Shown: positions 28,275 through 37,691 of the stretch, in pieces
Position numbering within the stretch: the stretch's first letter is position 1
How the letters are laid out: the number at the start of each line of letters is the position of its first letter
Notes under the pieces: generated by a model
The model's input: the letters and a program-made list of their open reading frames with translations, nothing else
Databases searched by the model: none
Told to the model about the DNA's origin: nothing
Position numbers and translations under genes: made by a program
From: an uncultured Lachnospiraceae bacterium
GTDB taxonomy: Bacteria; Bacillota; Clostridia; Lachnospirales; Lachnospiraceae
Length of the DNA stretch: 64,000 nt
Direction of reading: 5' to 3'
Assembly (NCBI GenBank): GCA_900316625.1
Contig: ONDO01000002.1
Coordinates: 2,828 to 66,827 of the forward strand

Positions 28275-29747
28275 ATGTCAGACGAAATTAATAAGGATAC
28301 CATTCCAGGCGATGGCGAAAACCAGGACAATAAGAAAGAACTGGAAGATGTGTGCTACATCTGTCACAGACCGGAATCTACAGCCGGCAAGATGATACAC
28401 ATTCCGAATAATATTGCGATATGTAAAGACTGTATGCAGAAGACCTTTGACTCTATGGCCGGTTTCGGCTTCGGTGGAGGGAACAATGCAGCAGATGATG
28501 CTCATAATCTGAACAATATCGACTTGGGCAGCATCGGCCTTTTAAACTTCGGAGACCTCTCTTCCCTCTTCCCCAATAATATTCCGGAGAGCCAGAGGGT
28601 GAAAAAGAAGAAGCCCCAGGAAGCTAAGAAGGGACCGGATATTAAGCCTGTATTTGATATCGAGCATATTCCGCATCCCCACGAGATCCGTGCAAAATTA
28701 GATGAATATGTTGTAGGCCAGGATCAGGCAAAGAAGATTATCTCCGTTGCGGTTTATAACCACTATAAGCGTGTTGCGACCAATACGATGGACTCCATCG
28801 AGATCGATAAGTCCAACATTCTTATGATTGGACCGACAGGCTCTGGTAAGACCTATCTGGTACGTACGCTTGCCAAGCTCTTAGATGTACCTCTTGCGAT
28901 TGCAGATGCAACCTCCCTTACAGAGGCAGGTTACATCGGTGATGATATCGAGAGTGTTATCTCCAAGCTTCTTGCTGCATCGGGCAATGATGTAGAGAAG
29001 GCAGAGACAGGTATCGTCTTCATCGATGAGATTGATAAGATTGCCAAGAAGAAAAATACCAATCAGAGAGATGTCAGCGGAGAGGCTGTTCAGCAGGGTA
29101 TGCTGAAGCTGCTCGAAGGCTCTGATGTCGAGGTACCGGTTGGCGCAAGTTCCAAGAATGCCATGGTTCCCATGACGACAATCAATACCAAGAATATTCT
29201 CTTCATCTGCGGTGGTGCTTTCCCGGATCTTGCGGACATCGTCAAGGAGAGACTGAACAAGTCTTCTGCTATGGGCTTCGTATCGGACCTGAAGGACAAG
29301 TACGATGATGATGAGAACATCCTTACCAAGGTAACGGTAGAAGATCTCCGTAAGTTCGGAATGATTCCGGAATTCATCGGACGTCTTCCGGTTCTCTGTG
29401 TCCTCAATACACTGTCAGAGGATATGCTGGTTCGCATTCTCTCGGAACCGAAGAATGCAATCATTAAGCAGTATCAGAAACTGCTTGCCCTCGATGAAGT
29501 GAATCTCGTATTCACGGATGATGCCCTTCATGCCATCGCTCACAAGGCGAAGGAGAAGGAACTGGGTGCGAGAGCACTGCGTGCAATTATCGAAGAATTC
29601 ATGCTGGATATCATGTATGAGGTTCCCAAGGACGACAATATCGGAACCGTGACGATCACAGCAGATTATGTCAATGGCAATGGTGCGCCTCTGATCGAGA
29701 TGCGCTCAGTAACGAAGCAGGAGCGACTCCCTGCAGACACCCAGTAA
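28275..29747 (+). CDS. clpX: ATP-dependent Clp protease ATP-binding subunit ClpX
   Basis: CYIC...CKDC zinc finger, GPTGSGKT, DATSLTEAGY, IDEIDK, GARALR. Confidence 0.93.
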   Translation: MSDEINKDTIPGDGENQDNKKELEDVCYICHRPESTAGKMIHIPNNIAICKDCMQKTFDSMAGFGFGGGNNAADDAHNLNNIDLGSIGLLNFGDLSSLFPNNIPESQRVKKKKPQEAKKGPDIKPVFDIEHIPHPHEIRAKLDEYVVGQDQAKKIISVAVYNHYKRVATNTMDSIEIDKSNILMIGPTGSGKTYLVRTLAKLLDVPLAIADATSLTEAGYIGDDIESVISKLLAASGNDVEKAETGIVFIDEIDKIAKKKNTNQRDVSGEAVQQGMLKLLEGSDVEVPVGASSKNAMVPMTTINTKNILFICGGAFPDLADIVKERLNKSSAMGFVSDLKDKYDDDENILTKVTVEDLRKFGMIPEFIGRLPVLCVLNTLSEDMLVRILSEPKNAIIKQYQKLLALDEVNLVFTDDALHAIAHKAKEKELGARALRAIIEEFMLDIMYEVPKDDNIGTVTITADYVNGNGAPLIEMRSVTKQERLPADTQ

Positions 29748-29772
29748 ACCTGGTATGAGGAGGCTGTTATAA

Positions 29773-30075
29773 ATGGCAAGAAGAGACAAGAAGGCACATA
29801 CCGAAGAACTCTACAAGGCTATTCTGACACTCAAAACGGAAGAGGAATGTTTCAAATTCTTCAAGGATGTATGTTCTGATTCCGAGCTTCTCGCGATGGA
29901 ACAGAGATACAATGTGGCCAAGATGCTCGAGGAAGGTAAGACCTATCTCAACATCCAGGACGCAACCAATGCGAGCACCGCTACCATCAGCCGTGTAGGC
30001 CGCGCTCTGACCGACGGTACCGGTGTGATCGGTGACGTTCTGCGCAGACTCGGAGATGAGAACGGAGAGGCATAA
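29773..30075 (+). CDS. TrpR-like protein (YerC/YecD)
   Basis: EECFKFFKDVC...QRYNVAKML...ASTATISRV. Confidence 0.88.
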   Translation: MARRDKKAHTEELYKAILTLKTEEECFKFFKDVCSDSELLAMEQRYNVAKMLEEGKTYLNIQDATNASTATISRVGRALTDGTGVIGDVLRRLGDENGEA

Positions 30076-30077
30076 AC

Positions 30078-30575
30078 ATGCGTGCACTCAAGGCCACAGA
30101 TGTGGCATTATGCATGAATCATGTCCTCGCCAAAGAGACTTTCGACAGCTTCCTGCTCGCTGAGGCAGAAGTTTTCACCGGGCTCACCCTAAGTGTCGAT
30201 GGACATCTCAGGCAGGAATTCTATTCCAAGGAAGATTATGAGGAACGGAAGAGTAAGGGGGATTTCATTCCTTATGCAGAAGTACGTTCCATCCTCTTTG
30301 ATGCAATTAAGGGGAAGAAAGCGCCGAACGCCTTTCGCTTAGTTCTCGTGACTTCCCGGCCGGCGACGGAGGCAGTCCTTCAAAGATATGAAGCCTCCCC
30401 GGAAGGAGTCGGAGGACTCTACCTGAACCTGCGATACGACCATGAAGGCGTATCTCTGGTGACTGGTGTCTCGATGACAGATTTCACGATGGATAAGTCA
30501 GCAGAAGCAGCCTGGGACAGATATCTCCCGGAGTATCTGGAATCCATCGGAATTCCATTTGAGATAATGGGCTGA
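30078..30575 (+). CDS. Conserved hypothetical protein (DUF5721-like)
   Basis: FDSFLLAE, IKGKKAP, FTMDKS pattern. Confidence 0.65.
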   Translation: MRALKATDVALCMNHVLAKETFDSFLLAEAEVFTGLTLSVDGHLRQEFYSKEDYEERKSKGDFIPYAEVRSILFDAIKGKKAPNAFRLVLVTSRPATEAVLQRYEASPEGVGGLYLNLRYDHEGVSLVTGVSMTDFTMDKSAEAAWDRYLPEYLESIGIPFEIMG

Positions 30576-30696
30576 ATCTTGATAGGAATGTATAGACAAT
30601 TTACTTTACTTTTCTAAAGTGTTGTGATACCTTAAGTGAAGTGCTGGACGAACGGTAACCGGCAGTGTGTTTTACATCTTTGGAGGTACTATCAAC

Positions 30697-30897
30697 ATGA
30701 CAGGTACAGTAAAGTGGTTCAATAACCAGAAGGGCTACGGCTTCATTTCCGATCAGGATGGTAATGACGTTTTCGTTCATTATTCCGGACTGAACATGGA
30801 AGGATTCAAGACTCTCGAAGAAGGCGCTAAGGTCGAGTTCGATGTAACCGACGGCCAGAAGGGTCCTCAGGCTGTTAACGTAACAGTCGTTAAGTAA
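30697..30897 (+). CDS. Cold-shock protein
   Basis: [17 protein letters not shown]...VFVHYS...KGPQA; RBS GGAGG. Confidence 0.97.
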   Translation: MTGTVKWFNNQKGYGFISDQDGNDVFVHYSGLNMEGFKTLEEGAKVEFDVTDGQKGPQAVNVTVVK

Positions 30898-30979
30898 TTC
30901 TTTCCAGTAGGAAAAACTGTTTTCAAACCTTTCATTATATATAGATATAATAAAAGTAGTATTTGGGAAACGGGGAGGA

Positions 30980-31012
30980 AGCGGTGAGCACCGATGGTGT
31001 TCACCGCTTTTC
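30980..31012 (+). terminator. Hairpin/terminator after csp
   Basis: AGCGGTGAGCACC-gat-GGTGTTCACCGCTTTT. Confidence 0.7.
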
Positions 31013-31031
31013 GTGTATCTAATGGAGGTCT

Positions 31032-32243
31032 ATGAATAGAAGGCAATCACACGTATTAAGCCGCATACTTGGGACGGGAATGGTAATTCTCGCCCTTCTT
31101 CTGATGTGGGAATGGCGTGCGTCTCTAATCCAGACGGCGTCAGCAGCCTATGTTGCAGTTACCGGAGAGGTTGCGCCCTGGCTGAAGAATGGGGACACAG
31201 ACATTGCAACGATCGTACTCTCCCCGGACTCTGTCCCGGCAGAAGAAGCTCCTAGTCTATCAGGGAGTAAGTATGCCTATTCCACACTCTCCGAAGATGG
31301 AAAGTTAGTCTATGACCAGGTATACGATGCTATCATGAATCGGAAAACAGATGTCAGTGTATCGACACTGGATGCGGCTGTCCTTGAGCAGGCATATAAC
31401 TGTGTCATGGCTGATTATGGCGGACTCTTCTGGGTCTATGGTTATACTTATAATACTTACTCGCGCGGAGATAAGATCACAAGCCTTACATTTAGTCCCA
31501 GCTTCACCATGACAGAAGAGGAACAGGCCAAGTATCAGGCACAGATTGATCACGTGGTGGAGAACTATCTCTCTGGAATCTCACTGGAAGCAACGGACTA
31601 CCAGAAGGCGAAGTATGTCTTCGAGACTCTGATCAAGAACGTGGAATATGATACCGCCATCGAGAATAATCAGAACATTCTCTCGGCCTTCTTAGGAGGC
31701 GCAACGGTCTGTCAGGGCTACAGCGATGCCGCCAGTTATCTGCTCTCAGAACTGGGCATCCAGTCTACGGTTGTGACCGGTGTTGCAGACGGGGAGTCAC
31801 ATGCGTGGAATCTCCTTCTGCTTGATGGAAAGTATTATTACATGGACGTGACCTGGGGCAACAGTCGTTACCTGGATCACAATCAGAATGAAGCCAAGCG
31901 AGTGAACTATGTCTATCTTAATACGGATAGCAAGACTCTCATGAGAAATCATACGGCGAATGATTACTTCCCCCTGCCGGAATGTGATTCCATGCAGGAT
32001 TCCTACTTCGTGCAGGAAGGACTCTACTTCATAGGCTTCGATGGCAATGCAATCGGTAATGCTATTGCAAGTCGTTATGGACAGGGCGAGACGATGGTAT
32101 CCATCCGTTTCGACAAGGAAGAGGACTATTTAAGTGCAGTATCCTTCTTCATCGACGATTCCCATATCAGGGATTACGTTGGACAGGAGAGCATCTCTTA
32201 TATTACCCAGGATGAGGACTGCATCCTGACCTTTAAGTTCTGA
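31032..32243 (+). CDS. Membrane-anchored transglutaminase-like (Cys-His-Asp) protein
   Basis: N-terminal TM; VCQGY, HAWN, YMDVTW. Confidence 0.88.
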   Translation: MNRRQSHVLSRILGTGMVILALLLMWEWRASLIQTASAAYVAVTGEVAPWLKNGDTDIATIVLSPDSVPAEEAPSLSGSKYAYSTLSEDGKLVYDQVYDAIMNRKTDVSVSTLDAAVLEQAYNCVMADYGGLFWVYGYTYNTYSRGDKITSLTFSPSFTMTEEEQAKYQAQIDHVVENYLSGISLEATDYQKAKYVFETLIKNVEYDTAIENNQNILSAFLGGATVCQGYSDAASYLLSELGIQSTVVTGVADGESHAWNLLLLDGKYYYMDVTWGNSRYLDHNQNEAKRVNYVYLNTDSKTLMRNHTANDYFPLPECDSMQDSYFVQEGLYFIGFDGNAIGNAIASRYGQGETMVSIRFDKEEDYLSAVSFFIDDSHIRDYVGQESISYITQDEDCILTFKF

Positions 32244-32311
32244 CAGATTTACAATTACTACATTGTGATGTAGTATTTAGGTACCTATGATGAGTAACAA
32301 TGGAGGCATTC

Positions 32312-33163
32312 ATGTATAGAATCCTGATCGATAGTTGTGGAGAACTCTTCCCAGAGATGCAGAATACAGAATCATTCTGCAATGTTCCGCTGACATTGAC
32401 TGTGGACAGCCAGGAGATTATCGATGATGAGACATTTAATCAGGCGGAGTTCCTCAGGATGATCAAAGAAAGTGCGAATGCGCCCAAGTCTGCCTGCCCT
32501 TCTCCGGATGCATATATGCGTGAGATGCGTGGAGACTGGGAGAGAATCTATGTGATTACTCTGTCCTCCAAGCTGAGTGGATCTTATAACAGTGCCTGCC
32601 TGGCTAAGGATCTCATCAATGAAGAATTAGAAGACGATGACGAAGAACCCAAGCAGATCCATGTATTCGATTCCAAGTCTGCATCCATAGGTCAGACCCT
32701 GATTGCGGATAAGATCGCGGAACTTGAGAAGGAGGGGCTCTCCTTTGATGAAGTAATCCGTAGAACGGATGCCTATATTGAAACCCAGCACACCTTCTTC
32801 ATTCTCGAGACACTTGAGACCCTGCGTAAGGCGGGCCGTCTGTCCGCTCTGAAGGCAATGATTGCGAATACCCTGAACATCAAGCCAATTATGGGTTCGA
32901 CAGAAGAGGGCTCCATTCAGCAGCTTGGCCAGGGACGAGGCATGAGCAAGGCTCTTGATAAGATGGTAGATCTCATGATGGAGGTTACCCCGGATCCTGA
33001 GAACCGTGTGGTAGCAATCTCTCATTGCAATTGCCCGGAACGTGCAGCGATGCTTCAGAAGAAACTTGAAGCAAAGGCGAACTTTAAGCGCATCGTAATT
33101 GTTGATACCAGGGGTGTCAGTTCCATGTACGCAAACGACGGTGGTATCATCATGGTTGTGTAA
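32312..33163 (+). CDS. DegV family fatty-acid-binding protein
   Basis: LIDS, KSACPSP, LSSKLSGSY, FDSKSASIG, GRLS. Confidence 0.92.
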   Translation: MYRILIDSCGELFPEMQNTESFCNVPLTLTVDSQEIIDDETFNQAEFLRMIKESANAPKSACPSPDAYMREMRGDWERIYVITLSSKLSGSYNSACLAKDLINEELEDDDEEPKQIHVFDSKSASIGQTLIADKIAELEKEGLSFDEVIRRTDAYIETQHTFFILETLETLRKAGRLSALKAMIANTLNIKPIMGSTEEGSIQQLGQGRGMSKALDKMVDLMMEVTPDPENRVVAISHCNCPERAAMLQKKLEAKANFKRIVIVDTRGVSSMYANDGGIIMVV

Positions 33164-33187
33164 GCAACGTTTGCATAGTATATTCTG

Positions 33188-33215
33188 GAGAAGCAGCGTG
33201 CTGCTTCTCTTTTTT
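33188..33215 (+). terminator. Rho-independent terminator
   Basis: GAGAAGCAGC-gt-GCTGCTTCTC-TTTTTT. Confidence 0.8.
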
Positions 33216-33604
33216 GTGCAATGCCTTCCGAGGGTTTGTGATGTCGTCTCCCGCCTGTGCAATGCCTTCCGAGGGTTTGTGATGTTGTCCCCGCCTGTGC
33301 AATGCCTTCCGAGGGTTAGTGATGTTGTCCCCCGCCTGTGCAATGTCTTCCGAGGGACGGCTTGCGCCTCGTTGCTGCGCTGGTCACGTTACTAAACTCG
33401 CAGTTCCCTTCGGTCCTGCTCGTCAAGTAACGACCGCTTGCTTTTACGCCCTCGGAAGACACACGCACAGGCGGGGGTGACAACGCCCTTTCTTCTGCGG
33501 AAGGCATACGCACAGGCGGGGACAACGCCCTTTCTTCTGCGGAAGGCATACGCACAGGCGGGGACAACGCCCTTTCTTCTGTGGAAGGCATATGCACAGA
33601 CAGG
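33215..33604. repeat. Palindromic composite element: tandem 40-41-bp units, structured core, inverted tandem 42-45-bp units
   Basis: Left gttgtccccgcctgtgcaatgccttccgaggg; right cggaaggcatacgcacaggcggggacaac (reverse complement of the same core). Confidence 0.9.
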
Positions 33605-33658
33605 AAGAGGATATGCACTTCTTATTTGGTAAAACAGTAGATAGATAAAGAGCATGAT

Positions 33659-34933
33659 ATGAATTACAAGGAGATTACAAATACGATATATAACAAGCGC
33701 CGCTTCGGTAAGGCTCCGGGTAGGGATGTGACGAAAGCGATGCTGGAGTTATTTGATCACCCGGATCTGGGGATGAAGATTATCCACATCGCGGGTACGA
33801 ATGGCAAGGGCTCGACGGCTGCGACCTTAGATCAGCTCTTAAGAGAAGCCGGCTTTCGAACAGGACTCTTTACCAGCCCGCATCTGATCGACTTCGCAGA
33901 GCGAATTCGTGTGTCCGGAGAGAAGATCTCGCATGAGGATGTAGAGAGACTCGGGGAGGAGATTCTGACAGAACTTGAGTTGCATCCGGAGATTGAAGAC
34001 ACCATGTTCGATGATGCTCTTGTGATGGCACTTCTCTACTTCAAGGAGCAGGCATGTGACTATGTCATCTTAGAGACGGGCCTGGGTGGCAGACTGGATT
34101 CGACTTCGGGGCTTTCACAGGCTCCGGTTCTGACAATGATTACGAGAATCGGCCTGGACCATACAGCAATCCTCGGCAATAGTCTGGACCAGATCGCAAG
34201 GGAGAAGGCTGGTATTCTTCATGCGGGTATTCCCCTTGTTCTTGCAGAGAATGAGAAGGAAGCAGAACTTGCCATCCGGGAAGTAGCTACAGAACTGGGA
34301 AGCCCGATTATAGACAGCCCGAGTCTTCTGCGCAAAGTAGAGACTTATCTTACCCGCTATCCTTCTTCTCTCTCTGGTGATTATCAGAAGGAGAATCTGA
34401 GATCTGCTCTGCTTGCCTTTCTCTACCTGATCCAGGAGACAGCTTTCCCTGGGAAAGAAGTTGAGAACATGATCCGCAAAGGGCTAAGCAGGGTATCCTG
34501 GCCTGGCCGTATGCAGATCCTGTCAGAAGATCCTTTCCTTCTGATCGATGGTGCCCATAATCCCCAGGGCATTCAGGCCCTGCATGACAGTCTCTTACAT
34601 CTCTATGGAAAGGGCCCTTACATCTTCTTAACAGGAGTACTTCGCGATAAGGATTTCAGCCAGATGGTAGCTCTCATGGCAGGACTTTCAGACCGGGTCA
34701 TCACGGTGACGGTAGATAATCCCAGGGCTCTTCCAGGGGTAGAACTGGCGAAACTCTATCAGGAGGCTGGTCTATTAAGCGCAGAATGTATGACACTTGA
34801 GGATGCGCTTTCTACCGCCCTTTCGGAAGCAAAGCAGAGTGGCAGGAAGGTTGTAGCTTTCGGCTCCCTCTATTTCATTGGAGCATTGCTGCAAAGATGG
34901 GAAGCGGAGGATGACCATGACCACATTCACTAA
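33659..34933 (+). CDS. folC: Folylpolyglutamate synthase/dihydrofolate synthase
   Basis: HIAGTNGKGS, FTSPHL, ETGLGGRLDST, WPGR, DGAHNP, FGSLYF. Confidence 0.95.
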   Translation: MNYKEITNTIYNKRRFGKAPGRDVTKAMLELFDHPDLGMKIIHIAGTNGKGSTAATLDQLLREAGFRTGLFTSPHLIDFAERIRVSGEKISHEDVERLGEEILTELELHPEIEDTMFDDALVMALLYFKEQACDYVILETGLGGRLDSTSGLSQAPVLTMITRIGLDHTAILGNSLDQIAREKAGILHAGIPLVLAENEKEAELAIREVATELGSPIIDSPSLLRKVETYLTRYPSSLSGDYQKENLRSALLAFLYLIQETAFPGKEVENMIRKGLSRVSWPGRMQILSEDPFLLIDGAHNPQGIQALHDSLLHLYGKGPYIFLTGVLRDKDFSQMVALMAGLSDRVITVTVDNPRALPGVELAKLYQEAGLLSAECMTLEDALSTALSEAKQSGRKVVAFGSLYFIGALLQRWEAEDDHDHIH

Positions 34934-35432
34934 CAGAGCGGATGCCCTGCGTGTCCTGGGCTTCGAGCGAGAGGTGAGCGAGGATGAGATCCGTGCGGCT
35001 TACCATACGCTGGTGAAGGAACTTCATCCGGATGCAGACCCGGATCCGGACCTCGCCTGGCAGATTTACGACATCCAGGCGGCTTACCAGTATCTGCAGG
35101 ATCATCCAGAGATCCAAATCACATCGAGAGTGGCTTCGGGTCCACAGATTCTGGGTTCTAAGTCCCAGATTCAGGAAGGGAATCGTCGCAGGAAGGAAGC
35201 GGAACGAATCCGCAAGGTTGATCGGGAAGCCAATCGACGGAAGAAGGAGCATCTCATAGAACTTCAGAAGGAAGCGGAAGAGAGACAAAAATGTCTTCGG
35301 GAAGAAGAGGAAGCAAAGCTCCGCCATGAAGAGGCAGTGGAGCGGGCTGTCCAGACCGTAAGAGCCATGCGGGCAGCGAAGATTATCCAGGATTATCTTA
35401 AGGAGAACCCAGATGATCTAAGTAGTCAGTAA
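34917..35432 (+). CDS. J-domain (DnaJ-like) protein with charged coiled-coil tail
   Basis: VLG...EIRAAY...ELHPD (HPD motif); RBS GGAGG 6 nt before ATG 34917. Confidence 0.8.
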   Translation: MTTFTNRADALRVLGFEREVSEDEIRAAYHTLVKELHPDADPDPDLAWQIYDIQAAYQYLQDHPEIQITSRVASGPQILGSKSQIQEGNRRRKEAERIRKVDREANRRKKEHLIELQKEAEERQKCLREEEEAKLRHEEAVERAVQTVRAMRAAKIIQDYLKENPDDLSSQ

Positions 35433-35552
35433 GCGAGGCGGATGGGAATGTAATCAGATTGAAATGAGGAATGAGAATAAAATGTGTTGACACATTATAT
35501 TTTGCACAATATAATTACGCCATAGACTACCGTATTTTGAAAGGAATATTTT

Positions 35553-36101
35553 ATGGCTACATTTTATGATCAGGTTGTTCCTATGGCGGATGGAACAGAA
35601 CTTTCCATGGCTGACATGAAGGGCAAGGTTGTTATTGTTGTAAACACGGCTACGGGATGTGGCTTTACTCCCCATTATGAACCCCTCGAAGAACTCTATG
35701 AAGAGTTCCATGATAAGGGGCTTGAGATCATTGATGTTCCCTGCAACCAGTTCGCAGGCCAGGCACCGGAATCCGATGAAGAGATTCATGAGTTCTGCCA
35801 GCTTAAGTATCACACCCGCTTCCCTCAGATGAAGAAGTCTGATGTGAATGGCGAGAACGAACTTCCCCTCTTCACCTATCTGAAGGAAGAGAAGGGCTTC
35901 GAAGGCTTTGGCCACGGCCCTGCAGCACTTGCAATGAGCGCACTTCTTCTGAAGATGGATAAAGACTATAAGAAGAATTCCAAGATCAAGTGGAACTTCA
36001 CGAAGTTCCTTGTTGACCGAGAAGGCAATGTCATCGGCAGATTCGAACCTACCTACGATATGAAGAAGTTTAAAGCTGAGGTCGCAAAGCTTTTCGATTG
36101 A
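35553..36101 (+). CDS. Glutathione peroxidase family protein (Cys type)
   Basis: VNTATGCGFTP, PCNQFAGQ, KWNFTKFL. Confidence 0.95.
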   Translation: MATFYDQVVPMADGTELSMADMKGKVVIVVNTATGCGFTPHYEPLEELYEEFHDKGLEIIDVPCNQFAGQAPESDEEIHEFCQLKYHTRFPQMKKSDVNGENELPLFTYLKEEKGFEGFGHGPAALAMSALLLKMDKDYKKNSKIKWNFTKFLVDREGNVIGRFEPTYDMKKFKAEVAKLFD

Positions 36102-36305
36102 TCTACATTTACGAAGAAGATATAAGAAAGTGTACCAATGGTCACCTTGCATTACATTGTGTACAATAAAATTTGAACTATTGGCACATGGATTTGGCCC
36201 TGTATGATAAAATGGCGGAAGGCAATTTGTGCCCCCGCTATTTTTGTGTCATATGCAAGTGGACCAAGAGTGGCGATGAATTACATCATAGGGAGAAGAA
36301 GAATT

Positions 36306-36749
36306 ATGGGAAATATGAAGGAAAAGGATCCACTCCTGCTTGAAAACCAGCTATGCTTTCCCCTCTATGCGGCATCCCGCGAGGTGGTGAAACAGTACAC
36401 CCCTTACCTGAAACCGCTCGGGATTACCTACACCCAGTACATCACCCTGATGGTGCTCTGGGAAGAGAAGAAGATTCGCGTCGGAGATCTCGGCAAGCGT
36501 CTCTTCCTCGACACCGGCACCCTGACCCCGCTTCTGAAGAAGATGGAAGAGGCCGGCCTCGTAAAGCGTACGAGAAGCCAGGGAGATGAGCGTGTCGTCG
36601 ATGTAGAGATCACAGATGAGGGAATGAGCCTGAAGAAGAAGGCCAGGGAGATCCCCGGCAAGATGAGCTCCTGCCTGAATATCTCCAGAGAGGAAGCGAC
36701 CATTCTCTACCAGGAACTCTATAAGATTCTTCAGGGTTTTCATGACTAA
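36306..36749 (+). CDS. ohrR: MarR-family regulator, OhrR-like
   Basis: LLENQLCFPLYAASR sensing-Cys motif, TLTPLLKKME, DERVV; palindrome ATTGTGTACAAT upstream (36156-36167). Confidence 0.85.
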   Translation: MGNMKEKDPLLLENQLCFPLYAASREVVKQYTPYLKPLGITYTQYITLMVLWEEKKIRVGDLGKRLFLDTGTLTPLLKKMEEAGLVKRTRSQGDERVVDVEITDEGMSLKKKAREIPGKMSSCLNISREEATILYQELYKILQGFHD

Positions 36750-36829
36750 GCTTCCCTCGGAAATGTAGGGCGAATCGAAGACTTTAGAAGAATTTAATAA
36801 TGCAAGGTCCTTGTGAAATTGAATTTTCG

Positions 36830-36875
36830 TGATATAATGCCATAGGAAATAAAATCTAGTAAAACACTAGGAATT
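36830..36875 (+). promoter_or_regulatory. suf promoter (extended -10) and candidate Rrf2/IscR-type operator
   Basis: TGaTATAAT at 36830-36838; imperfect inverted repeat TCTAGT-aaaac-ACTAGG at 36855-36871. Confidence 0.5.
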
Positions 36876-36921
36876 AAAAACAGATAAAGACGCCACAGGC
36901 GTTTTGCAAGGAGGGAATATC

Positions 36922-37680
36922 ATGGCAGAAGAACTGCTGAAAGTAAGAGACCTCTTCGTATCCGTACCGGAAGAAGAGAAGGAGATCCTTCACGGAATCT
37001 CTATGGATATCAACCGTGGTGAGACCATCGTTATCATGGGACCCAATGGTGCAGGTAAGTCTACCTTCGGATCCACCCTCATGGGCGATCCTCGTTATAA
37101 GATTACCAGTGGTTCCATCACTTTCGAAGATGAAGACATCACTGATTTCAGTGCAGATAAGATTGCCAAGAAGGGTATGTTCCTCTCTTTCCAGAACCCG
37201 ATCGAGGTTCCCGGTATCTCTCTGTCTAACTTCATCCGTACAGCAGTTGAGAACCGCACTGGCGAGCATATTCGTCTCTGGGATTTCAAGAAGCAGCTTA
37301 AGGCTACCATGGAAGTTCTGCAGATGGACGAGTCTTATGCAGATCGTGATCTGAATGTCGGCTTCTCCGGTGGTGAGAAGAAGAAGGCTGAGATCCTTCA
37401 GCTCCTCATGTTAAAGCCAAGCCTTGCAATCTTAGATGAGACCGACTCTGGTCTGGATGTCGATGCAGTCCGTACCGTATCCCAGGGTATTGAAGAGTAT
37501 AAGAAGTCGGTTGGTGGTGCTCTGATCATCATCACGCATTCTACCAGAATCCTTGAGGCATTAAAGGTTGATAAGACCTATGTCTTAGCTGACGGTCGTC
37601 TGGTCGCTTCGGGTGATGCATCCATCATTGATGACATCAATGAGAACGGATTTGAAAAGTATCTGAATCAGGAAAATTAA
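36922..37680 (+). CDS. sufC: Fe-S assembly ATPase SufC
   Basis: MGPNGAGKST, GFSGGEKKK, LDETDSGLDVDA. Confidence 0.96.
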   Translation: MAEELLKVRDLFVSVPEEEKEILHGISMDINRGETIVIMGPNGAGKSTFGSTLMGDPRYKITSGSITFEDEDITDFSADKIAKKGMFLSFQNPIEVPGISLSNFIRTAVENRTGEHIRLWDFKKQLKATMEVLQMDESYADRDLNVGFSGGEKKKAEILQLLMLKPSLAILDETDSGLDVDAVRTVSQGIEEYKKSVGGALIIITHSTRILEALKVDKTYVLADGRLVASGDASIIDDINENGFEKYLNQEN

Positions 37681-37691
37681 GGAGTGCCCAC

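Noticed and set aside
33215-33604. CRISPR array, or real ORFs 33099-33395, 33316-33618, 33392-33655, 33438-33632
   Set aside because: No unique spacers; the ORFs are translations of the repeats, with no RBS or coding-like composition
35553-36101. Selenocysteine glutathione peroxidase
   Set aside because: Active-site codon is TGT (Cys); no in-frame TGA
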